Shown here: positions 12,101 through 24,100 of the stretch, one piece after another
How the letters are laid out: each line of letters starts with the position of its first letter
Numbering within the stretch: the first letter of the stretch is position 1
Assembly (NCBI GenBank): GCA_965153285.1
Contig: OZ229114.1
From: Podarcis tiliguerta
Lineage: Eukaryota
Direction: 5' to 3' (one strand)
DNA length: 64,000 nt
Translations under genes and position numbers: made by a program
The notes under the pieces: generated by a model
What the model was told of the DNA's origin: nothing
What the model saw: the letters and a program-made list of their open reading frames with translations, nothing else
The model's database searches: none

Positions 12101-15100
12101 TTTCATTCATTTTGGCAATGTCCATAGATGTATTGTCGCCCAGGTACTCAATGGAGTCAATTGAAGGGTGCAGCGTGCTAACATTAGTGATCAGAACTCC
12201 TTTTTTTGGCGAATCTACCTTGAGGTGTTCTATTTGACTGATACCAAGTTCATCCTCATCCAGGTATCTCATGCTGGTCCAAGAGCGCGTTGTGGTTGTC
12301 ATAGGGATGGTTTCCTTCTTAGATGGTAGATTGTTGCTGTCCCTTACGCACTGTGTTAGATCTGTTGCTGTCAGGTTTATCTCTGCAGCTGCAGAGGTAT
12401 TATAAAGGTAGTCTTTCATGGTTGCCATAAGGATGGTTTCCTTCTTAGATGGTAGTTTGTCCCTTGCGCACTGTGTTAGATCTGTTGTTAACAGGTTTAT
12501 CTCTGCAATTGCAGAGGTATTATAAGAGTAATCTTTCATGGGGTCTGTCTTGGCTTTTTCAGAGAGGTTCTCTTTCTTTAATTGGTCCGTTGCCGGTTCT
12601 TCCTCTCTTACTTTTTCCTGAGCATTCATCTCTGTTAGCTTATTTCTAAGGGTCTCCAATCTTCTCAAGATCTCAGATTGGGCAAGGGAAGGCAACAATC
12701 CAAACTGATTTATTAATGCCTTTTCTTCTGGATAGAAGTTATCCGTCCCCTCATTGGGCAGTCTCATCTCCTGTCTTAGTTTCAAGGACCCTTGCTCAGT
12801 ATGTTCCAGTTTGTCTTTTGAGTGTCCTCTCTCCTCCTTTGGTTTACAAGAAAATCTTATCTCAGCTGTCGTAAACTCATCAGGGAACAATTTCAAACAT
12901 GTGCTGTTTTCAAAGAATCTTGTTACCGTTATCCTTTTCTTTAACAGCAAATGTCTTGATCTATATATATATTTAGCCAAGATTTGATCTTTGAAGGAGG
13001 CAATCACTCGCAGAGAGTATCCATTGTAGAATATGAAATCTACTGAGGTAATGTCCTTTAATTTTATTTTCCCTGGCAGCATATCATCTAAAGTATTCAC
13101 AAAATGCACCGAGCGTTCTTCCTGTGTAAGGAAGCCCTTTGGCTTCGGGTAGTTAAGAAATGCTAACTTCCTATCTGCCAACATCAGTTTCCATCCTTTA
13201 TCCTGGGGCAAATCTTGCCCTGCTACTGGCTCATCTTGAGATCTGCCATAATCAATGGTATGGGGTGAGTCTTCTTTAATATTTATGGATCCTTGGGGTT
13301 TCAGCATAGAGCACCCGGGTAGTGATTCCGTTTCCTCACTTGTTTTGTTAGGCAGCGATGATGTTTCTTTCAAAGACTTCAGCTGGATCTTTTTTCCTGG
13401 ATCCACACTGTTGTTCTCTCTGCTGCCATGTATAGCAGGTTTGTTAGAGTTTGTTTTTGATTTTGTTGGGATCAGCTTATATAGTCTTTTCCAGCATACT
13501 TTACATGCACGCCGGTTTATAACAGATTTCCTTGCAATTTTTATGTTCTTACTTTTCTTTTTAATTTCAGCTTTCTTCTTATGGGATCTCTTACTGATGC
13601 CTCGCTTCTTTTGATTTACTTCAATAGGAAATTCAGTTTTAGGGACAGATACATACAACCCTATGTCCTTTCCTTGTTGTAAATGATTTTCCGCTGCTGA
13701 TCCTTGTGTGCACTTGCTGGTCGCTGGTTGCTTTGTATATTCTGGCTCTTGAGGGGTGGTTGGTGGATTGACACCATGAAATTCTGAGCCTTTAGCTTGG
13801 AGGGGATAATTTTCCACTAATGTCAGAAGCAGCCCATTTGTTATTGTTAAGTATTTTTTCATAGCTGCCAGATCCAGATTTATAGAGAGCAGCCAGTCCT
13901 GAGGATAGCAGTCATTGTTTTCCGTCTGGGAGCCCATAGATGAAGTCTGGGATTTCTGGGAGTTTCGGGTTTCTTCCTGTAGCTCTGAAGATAATACCTC
14001 AGCCAAGACTATTTCATGGGCCAGGCTCATTGTATTTCTATTTTGGTTGTTATTCTCCGTGTCCTGTATTCCTCTAGAGAAGGTTGAGTGATCTTGAGCA
14101 GCAGAGGGAAAAGGAAGAGCCTCATCCTGCTTCAACTCAACCATCTCAGCCATCTTTTGCCCGTTTCCATTTCCATTCTCGTTGTCCCTTGTATGTAAAA
14201 GGTATTGCGTGATTTTACTCTGTTTCTCATAACACTCCTGGAACAATGGGCTTGTCGCTATCCCCAGGTCCCTACATTTCTTTCTAGTAAGTACCATTTG
14301 TAAATCTTTGTTGCCAATCAGGGTTATTCTTCCTATTTCAAAAACTATGCCTCTTAGGAAGTCGAAAGCTCCACCCAGCTATAGACTGAGGTCCAGATTG
14401 AGGCAAGATTTGGGATAGCTGTTTGTAGTTTGTAATTTGATAGCTTGTAGTTCGGAGCGTAACACGAACTCTGCAGCTAGTTCGGCGGCCATCCACTATG
14501 TGGTGATACTTCCGGACGGTGTTGGAAAACTGGGAATAAATCACTTGAACACAGGGCGAACTCCCCTCTCCGGCAGCCTCCTTCGACTAGCTCTCCTTCT
14601 GCACCGGCGTCCTGTCGCGTTGGGTCTCGGCTCCCCTCCCCGCCCAGGCAATAAAACTATTAGCTCTAAAACTCTAAAACTATTAGCTTCAAAATCTCAG
14701 AGGGCAGCAAGGGGTTGCTGCTCCCTAGTCAGATTGAGCAGTAAAACAATAAAACACTAACTAAACAATAAAACAATAAAACAATAAAACACTAACTAAA
14801 AGTAAAGAGAAGCGAGGAGGTGATAAAACAGCTGGTAGGACGTTAAAACTAAGAGTTTAAAACCAAGAGGTGGCTAAAAAAAAAAAAACTGCTAAAAAAC
14901 TTAACTGAGAGCAGAAGAATCTGACCAAGCTGCAGCCTCCGTCGCCATCATGGTGAAGATGATAGAAATTTTAGTCCAAGACATATGAAGGACACTGTTG
15001 GGGAAGACCGTTCTAGAGATTTGAAGCAAATGAAGATAATCTGTTTTGCATGACACACAGGTTCACTTAATCAATGGAATTGGAGAACATTCATATGGAA

Positions 15101-18100
15101 AACACAAAAAATGAAGTTTTTTTTAAAGCAACTTTACAAAATTCCCGCTGGCTCATTCAGCAATTCAAATGCTATGTTTTTAGAAGGTTTTGTTAATTAG
15201 TTTTATCCTCTTTTTCTGTTTCAATAATAAAACGACTTGTATCAAAAATAAAAATACAACAAAAGTAAACAAAACATTTTAAAATGTTTTAATTAACAGA
15301 GAATGCACCTGTTCCACTGATCAACATTTGTTTTCTGGCTGCAGTTTCCTTAGAATTTGGATCACTTTAGGAGTGCCATGAGGTCCTGTTTCAGTTTTTG
15401 ATTATGCCAACTTCCCACATTCATTCAGCCCGTTTTACTGTTCTTTGATGTTCTTGTATTATTTTGGCTCCCAGTTTCGCCATAATCCCTTTAATCCCTT
15501 TCCTTCCACCATTTAGTAGTTTTCAACAGCTACCTACCACTGGCACTTTAGCTAGTATAGGTTCCTCTCCTGTATTTCAGATCACTTGCTTAGGATGTAT
15601 ATTACAACCATGTTTCAGAATTATGTTGGTATACTTGGTTGGTTGAGTTACTGTATTTAAGTTGAAATGTTCATGCTCCATTCAATAAATGCCTAATTCC
15701 TATTACCTCACTTTTGAGAGTTGGCAATTGGTATTCAAATTCAGTGTTTCAACTATAAAGGTAAAAGTTAATAGAATGCATTGGTTTTATTTTAGGACCA
15801 AAGAATGCATTGCTTCGTCTAGCAGTAAAGTTCTTTCCTCCTGACCCTGGTCAGCTGCAAGAGGAGTACACCAGGTAAACAATGTGGCACTATTAATTCC
15901 ACAATAATTTACAATGGAAATAGGAAAGAAGGATTAATGAATTATCTTTAAACTCAAAAGTCCTGTGAATTCACTGTCAGAGTTGGTATGTGTGTGTAGC
16001 CTTGAATGACAGCAAGTTTTACCTGATCTAATCAAGTGGCAGCGATGCTGCTTCAGCTGTGTGCAAAGAGGATATACTTGCCAAGGATGTGTTCAAAATG
16101 TCTATGTTTAAAATTGTCTCAAGAGATAAAGAACTTGTTTGGCTGCTCGGTGCAGTGGTTTCAGGCTGTTATCCTGACCTGTGCATATTTACATGGGAGT
16201 AAAGCCCATTAAACACAACAGGACTACTTCTGAATAAACATTTATAAGATTACACTGGTATGGTAGTTTACAAATACTGGGACTGGTGCTTCAGGGTAGC
16301 AAGTCATATTTCTGTTAGTTGCCTTTGGATGTTATGAATTTCAGGATTGTTTATCTGATATTTCTCATTCTGTTCCCAACTTGCTGTGCCATTTGGTTGT
16401 GTTCTCTTGTGTGCATGCTTTGAGTTGAAAGTACCTATAAATGGTGTCTCCTGTGTTCTTACTGAGTCTCATTGAAGTCTTCCTCTTGCAGATCTACTCA
16501 CCTCCAGCCCTTTCATACCTGTTTTCCTGCTGAATTGTGCCATTTGTGTTTCCTATATTGTTTACTTCAGCCCACCTACATACCTTTCCATCAGTGATTC
16601 TGTGCTTGTCAGTTTTTCTATTCAGCTGTGATTTTTGAGTTTCTGCTAAAACTACTTGCTGCCGTTTTCTGTTGTTTGCACTCCTCCTTTCCTAAATGAC
16701 TGCCGTTGATGGCTGCAGGGTATACTGGATATGTTGCTATATTTGAAAAAGTATCTATTTCATAGTTTCTCCTAAGTCCTAGGAAATGGGTGAGGATGCA
16801 TGTTCTATCATGCTCTGTGGAGGATTGTACCTGAAGAAATAATAGCATTACAAAATTATTAAAATAGACTTTGAAAAACTTAAATATGTTGCTTAACTAG
16901 AAAGCTTTGGGGGAGTCTTCAGGACATGAGTCAGTCACAGGGAAGCTAGTAGGTAGAGAGGGTTGTGATGGTAGCAAGAGCTATAGCTGAACCTCACACC
17001 TGAACAAGTCTTAGCCACATTTGATACAAAGCCTGCCAGTCTTAGAGGTAGTGCAGTTGTATGTTGCTTGGTGACAGCATATATCTTGGCTAGTAACAGC
17101 TGGTGATCTGATGTGGTTGTAGTAAATGGCTGTCACTAAGCAGGTTGGCGGTATGAGGGGGGAGGAGAACAATGCTATATTACTACTCTTAGTTATCACT
17201 CAGACATTGTCTTCAATGTCAGCATTGTGCATATATGCAGCTACTAACTGGCCTGTAGTACTCCTGCATGGGCCATTTTTCATTTCCTGCTGCTAAACAA
17301 CTAGTAAAATGGACAAAATATGATTCTATTGATTTCCCCCCCTTTAGGTATCTATTTGCATTGCAAATCAAGAGAGATCTAGCTGAGGAACGCCTTACCT
17401 GCAACGACAATACAGCAGCACTCCTCATCTCTCACCTTCTGCAGTGTTAGTATCTAATGTCACTTATACATTGTGCACACAGATGCAAAGAATCCATTCA
17501 GCTTCTCTACAGTTTCCTTCATCAGTAATTATTTTGCCTCTTTGTCATCCAGCAGTTACAACAGGTTCCCTGGTTAGTTTCCTGCTTCTGTTATAGTTGC
17601 TTCCAGAAGCCATTTTTGATTAACACAATTGATTTGCACTTGTGTTGCTCATTAAATGCAAGCATCTACTTGGACTTTCTTGGGCTCTTTTGAATCTGAT
17701 ATAAATACCATTTACAAAGAGGGGGGAAACATAGGAGGCATACATTCTGTTTCAATATCTGTTATCATGCTTTCAGTAAGTCTTCATACATTCTGAATAA
17801 TGTTCCCCTTTTCTGTCTTATCAGCTTGCTTTTAGAAGTTTGGTTTTTTTAAAAAAGTTAAATGTGCCTATGTTGAATCTCCTTGGGAACTTAACTGCTC
17901 AAACATATGTTGATTCTGCTAGCACAGGAACATTGAATTTTCCCTTTTCCAGACACCCCTCCCCTCATGAAACAGATCCATCTATTAGGTCTTACCAAAG
18001 TCCATTTTGTGAATCTGGTGGGTGCCAGTCATCAGGATGATCATTTGAAAACTCTATAAAGGGGTACCAAATCTCGTCATTTGCATCCCATATATACTAT

Positions 18101-21100
18101 TGAGAACCAATGGTTATTGTAAGATGAAGATACCTTCAAGGATCCATTTGCTAACTTTATGGAACACTTGCAATAGTGAAGCAATATTTCCTTTCAAATA
18201 TATTTTTCTCTTCTATCACAGCTGAGTTAGGAGATTTTGATGAATCTGGGGACCGAGAGCATCTTAAAAACAACCGGTACCTTCCAAACCAAGAAAGACT
18301 GCAAGGAAAAATACTTGAATTTCACAGGAAGCACATGTAAGTGTAAATGAATGTTTAATTTCTGGTATTCAGCATAGCACTATTTGTTGCTGTTATTGAT
18401 AACAAAATAAGCTTGTCTATATCTTTCATTAGCCATAAGTTATTTCACCTATACCTTCGTAGTAATGCTAGAAGGAGAATTTAGTTGTGTTGGCTAGGTG
18501 ACCTGTTGGTCCTAAAAGCAAGAAAATTTGTCTGTGGCATGAAATTTGACTCTTATAATTTACTTGCAGAGTGGTATAATATGCCCAAATTTGAGAAGAA
18601 TCCATTGACAAATGTCAGGACTACAAATCTTTAAAAATGTTGCTTTTAGAGGTTCCACATTTCTGACCATGTTCATGCTCAGAGCAAACAAACATCTTAA
18701 ATTCTTTCTTTTGATTGCTTAGACAGTGACAAAGTCAAGGAAAAGACAGAAGACTTCGCCTCACTTTTTTTTTGAAAACCTTGTTTCTAAGTTCTATTTT
18801 TAAAAAGTAATGAAAATGCGAGGTTGTCCAATACATACACCACGGGGCTTTTGAGTACAGAAACAGAAAGGAGAAGTGCTAGCAAATCAGTATATGCTTG
18901 ATTGGCAGGTAGACTTTCCAGGGTGGAGTCTTGTCCCAAAGGTGAAATATATATCACTCCACTGAGTAGGTTTGCAGCAGAAGTTGTAAGTTAAGACTAT
19001 AAGGTGGGCAGCTTTCCCTTAAAGTAGGAGTTTGGTGTTGGTCCATTGATTTTCAGTGGGTCTACTCGGAGAATGAGTTAGATGGATAGAATCATTACAT
19101 TTATTTAATACTCTTCCATATTGTACAGTATAGTCTATTAGATGTGTGACTCTGAAACTGACCACATAATCATTTAATCTGCTCTTTTATTACAAGCTTT
19201 CTTGAATAGAAATGAAATTTAAGAAGAACCGATTTCATGGGGTTTAAGCATAATGTTTTCCTCAATGTTTTCTCCTTTAATAGGATATCATTTTGAATCA
19301 AGATGGTGGAATAAACCTTTCAAAATAGCACTGATTTTAAACACATATTTCAAAACTGCAATGATTTTTTTGTTTCTTAGAATTCCCAAACAATGGGTAT
19401 GAGGCTGATACATTATCATAATGGTCATTGAAAACAAACCCTAATCCAATTATCAGTGCAATTTAATGTATTTTGTTCTCTGTGCTTAACATAAAATATA
19501 TTTTATTGTGGACACAGCACAGCAAAATTCTCTGTGTAAATAGGAGACTTCCAACTTCATGTTCCTCTTATAGTGCTAATGCAAAGGTTGAGCGATCAGC
19601 AGGTGTGTGGCGTTCTCTGTGTGTTGATTCTTTCCTACAAACTGGATATTAAATCCCCCACAAGGCTAGGTTTCAAAACCATAAATGAGTCCTAACTAAG
19701 GGGAAAGTAACCCAGTGAGACAGCATTTGCAACATATAATTAGTGTACATGTGAGGGGTTAACTATGTAAGGTAGTTAACCCCTCCCTTCTACCAATTCT
19801 CTAAAAGTGTTCTTTACTCCATCACTATTTCACCTGCCATTGGCAAGTATATGATTGGAACTATGTTTTTCAATCTTGCATGGGCCTTATGAATGCCAAT
19901 GTAGTAATTATACTTTGTTCACTTATGCAGTTTACAAATTAATGTAAAGTTATCCAAGTTAAAAGCAGCAGAATTGGCCAATTAACAATGCCTAATAGCC
20001 TTTTCAAAGTACTGTACAGTATCTTACCACATTTATGTCAGTTTGACCCTAATTTATTGTTGAATATTGCAATAACGTTGAAATATTTATTGTCCATGCA
20101 AGGGCAGAACTTTTTAAAAAAAAAAAAAAAATCCTAGAAACAACTGCAGGAATATATTTATTGTTGAGAAAATTCTGCAAATTGGCTGTTCACTGGTTGT
20201 AGGATGGCTAAGCGGATTGATCTGCTTAGCAGATAACAAAATTAGACCAGATTGTTTTCAGGCCAGTCTGTGAGGCTTAGTCGACTGAAAACATCTGAAG
20301 ATAATTACTCACTGTGCTTTACCCTTGTAAACATTTGCTTGCATAGGGTAAATCACTTGGCATAATTACTGGTTTTTCTCACTTCAGAAATAAAGTATCT
20401 TCTGTAGGTGGAAAAGGTTATTTAAGAACGTTGATCAGTTTTTTTAGGCAAACATTTATTCAGGGAATTCTTCTGGTCACTAGAATAGCATAGAAATGTT
20501 GGCCATTTTAATCTGTAATAAATATCTCTATAATCTGTGTGCATGAGCCTGTGGCTTACATGACCCCTTCTCCACTTTTGTGTGATGGAGGGAGGAGATA
20601 CAGGGAGTAGAAGGCAACAAGCAATCTGTAACAGCTGTGACTGTTGATCCCCCAAACAGGCAGAGGAACCACAACTTGGGAGGACTATTTGCATTTTCAG
20701 GACTCTTTGGATGCACTTTGAATGTGTGTTAGATATTCTTTAAATTCATAATGGGGATCTGCCCTTCTCCTAGGATAATACAGTCGTTCTCATTCAAAAG
20801 GCAGACTTAAGCGCAACTGTTAAGGATTGACACCTATCAACTGCAGATAATGGGTGGGTGTGAGAACCACCAGGAGCCAGTTGTCTATAAAACACAGTCA
20901 ACTGATGCTATTGTAATGCATCTGTCTTGAACATTGCAAAGCTGTTTGGTACAATTGGGCTTGCCTGCTTACTGACTTGCTCTCATGTTTTCAAACAAAG
21001 AGAGATTAGATGTTGGTATATCTTTTACAAAATTATGGAATACGTAGCATTTTGCATTTAAAATTATGAAATACAGGGCATATTAAAGATACACTTGTTT

Positions 21101-24100
21101 TAAAGAATAATTAATGTCTCTGAGTTTGATTATGACTTCAACTAGATTGCCATTTGTTCTTCCATTTGTAACATATTTTTATGCTAGTTGGTTTTTCTCT
21201 TTTGGTTTGGCACAGTAAACCTGAATAACTCTGAAGCTTAGTGACTGCTTACTAATATGGATATGATCTCATTAAACTTGTTGAACTATATTGGAGTCTT
21301 TTTCCTGTTTCATATCTTTGGATAGTATTATAAGTAATTAATAATATTTTCAATTTTGCTAACACAGGGGCCAAACTCCAGCTGAATCAGATTTCCAGGT
21401 GCTTGAAATAGCTCGCAAGTTGGAGATGTATGGCATGAGATTTCATCTGGCATCTGACCGTGAGGGAACAAAAATTAATTTGGCTGTATCAAACATGGGC
21501 GTACTGGTATTCCAGGTAGGAAAGCAGTATTTAACGTGAGAAACGTTTTGTAGTTATGCAGACAGAAGACTTTAAACCCAGAGGATAGACCCATATGCCT
21601 GCTTTAGAGCATGTAGCAATTGATTCTGAATGAATGGCTACCACATCCTTACTACAATAGTCTTTGCAGTCCCAATAGACAATATGATGTTTGCAGATGC
21701 CTTTGTGGCCGCAGCACTCTTCATCAAACCCAGATGGGATTAGTAGGGCTCCATTGCAGCAGCTTCTTCTTTGAGACTAATGGGAGCGTTTGTAATACTG
21801 CCTTCATTACGCTGGCTTGGGCTGATGGGAGTTGTAGTCCAAATGTAGTAGTGGTTCTAATAAATCTGTTACCCACCATTCACCAGCAGGTCCTAGGGTG
21901 GGTTACAACAATTTAACTTTCAGAATTAAAAACAGTTAAAACAGGTTGCAATCACAGGAATAGTGTGGATCCTGAAAAGACCTATCTCAAATGTCAAAGG
22001 CCAGAGTAGCAAGGTCAGGGAGGGCTGCTTTCAGAACTAGAGGTTCTTTTAACAGCTTGTTGTTTTAAATTATCAGTTATCTGATCCAGACGATATGATT
22101 TAGATAGAAAAAGGGTTTGACAGTATAAGTCTATAACTTATGTTCTGTTTAAATCCTGTGTATAATATACCTCAGTTATTTTATATTGAATTGAACACAG
22201 GGTAATACAAAAATCAATACTTTCAACTGGTCCAAAGTCCGAAAAATAAGCTTCAAAAGAAAACGATTCCTTATCAAGCTTCATCCAGAAGTTCATGTAA
22301 GTACTTCCATTATAATGTCACTTCTACAGTTTCAAGCATGACTTAAATATGAAATGACGTTCATACAGTATTCAGTACTGTTAATGCCTGAAAACAAGGT
22401 TCATAGGTAATAGCACTATGATAAAAGCATGTTAGTAAAACCCGTATTCCACTAAAGTCTGAATTCTGACTTGTCTTTCAAAGGAGCCCATGTGGGCATC
22501 TGGGGGGGGGGGGTTTAAAAGGGGTCTTCACACTTGTAAAAGTTGGGAACCACTGCTCTAGAGCATGTTCTCGAGACCTACATTGAACCATGATATTAAA
22601 AAATATGCCCCTGGACCCTAGAATATGTATTTTGTCTATTTTTGGGAAAGATGATGAGGATCTTATATGTAAACAGTTAATTGTATAATTTGTAGCCACT
22701 TGATTACTTATTACACAGGAAAGATGCTTCATGATGTACCCTAGATAACTGGTTCAAGAAAGTTAACGTTCATTGCCATCTCAGAAAAAAATGATGGGAT
22801 ATTTAAGCCATTGAGAGTGATGTTGATCCTTCTGATTTCACCTCTGGAGGTTATTTATGGAGGGAGGTTATTGGGGTGTTCTTGCTTTTATTTTGATTAT
22901 GTATTCTGTGTTTTTATATTGTGACATTATCCTGTGAACTGCCCTGAGACCTGCAGGTATAGGAATTACTATTATTATTGACATCCCAGTCACGGGTTGC
23001 AAATCCCTTTGAAATAAGATTTTATTGGGTGGCTTCTATAGATAGGCAAGACCTTTTTCTTTATTCCCATTTCCTTCATTGTACAATGTAAGTTGTGTTT
23101 TTCTACCCCATTTACAATTTTATAATCAAATCCATTATATTCACTCCTGATTTTTTCTTTTTCTTTTGACTTTATTATCAAAAGCTCCTTGTCTTGAATA
23201 TATATTATTTGTTGTTATTTTTTGTTTTTCTCTTCACTTCTATCTATTTTTGTTGAATAAAGTTTTATTAAATATTTTCTCATTGTAACCTTAAATGTGT
23301 AGAGGTAGCATGATAAAGTCCCATTGTGTTTCATTTCTAGGGTCCATATCAAGACACTCTGGAGTTTCTTTTGGGAAGTAGAGATGAGTGCAAGAACTTC
23401 TGGAAAATATGTGTTGAATATCACACTTTCTTCAGGCTGTTTGATCAGCCAAAACCAAAGTCAAAAGCAGTCTTTTTCAGCAGAGGGTCATCTTTCAGAT
23501 ACAGGTATGATATAACCCAATTCATTTTGATCCAAGAAAATGGAACCAAGAAAAACTTTGGAAGTAATTCCTTTTAAATTAAAGGTTTAGGATCTTTATT
23601 TCTTGAGTACAAGAAGCCCAGAATTTTATGTACTTTTCCTGGAGATTTTTTTGTAACATTCACATTTATTTCTTCACAGTGGGCGTACACAGAAACAATT
23701 GGTGGATTATGTTAAAGAAAGTGGGTTGAAAAAAATCCCATATGAAAGGTAACAAGCTCTTTTATATAAGCAAAGAGTCTTTGATGTTTTTATTTTGTAA
23801 CTTCCTTAGTCTAGTCTACAATAATGAAAGGCCTTTTTTCCTAGAGATTGTAAACTGTTAAAGTATTATTTGACATTTTTATATTTCAAATTTATTTAAT
23901 TAAAATGCTTAGATACTTGACACTGGGAATTATGTTGAGTAGGAAGGAGCTGAAATTGACCAACTATTTAACATGTTTCAAATTCAGAAAAGTGATTTGA
24001 TTGAATGGCATGAAAATATGTTGGCTTAAACTTCACTTTCCTTCACATAGTGCCAACTGGAGACATGTAGTCTTTTTTTTGTTCCAATGTTGTAAACCAT

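Larger units (their letters stand above)
8448..14949 (-). mobile_element. Near-full-length intact LINE A (RTE-X-like), antisense in FARP2 intron 4
   Basis: Perfect 18-bp TSD ATGGTGAAGATGATAGAA (8430-8447 / 14950-14967); two uninterrupted ORFs; 3' end GGTCTATGACCGTAATAAA plus (ATTC)n tail. Confidence 0.93.

Noticed and set aside
11659-12237. 192-aa antisense ORF across the LINE A junction, and other antisense ORFs in the LINEs
   Set aside because: Shadow ORFs of real coding strands with no motifs; not mirrored in LINE B.
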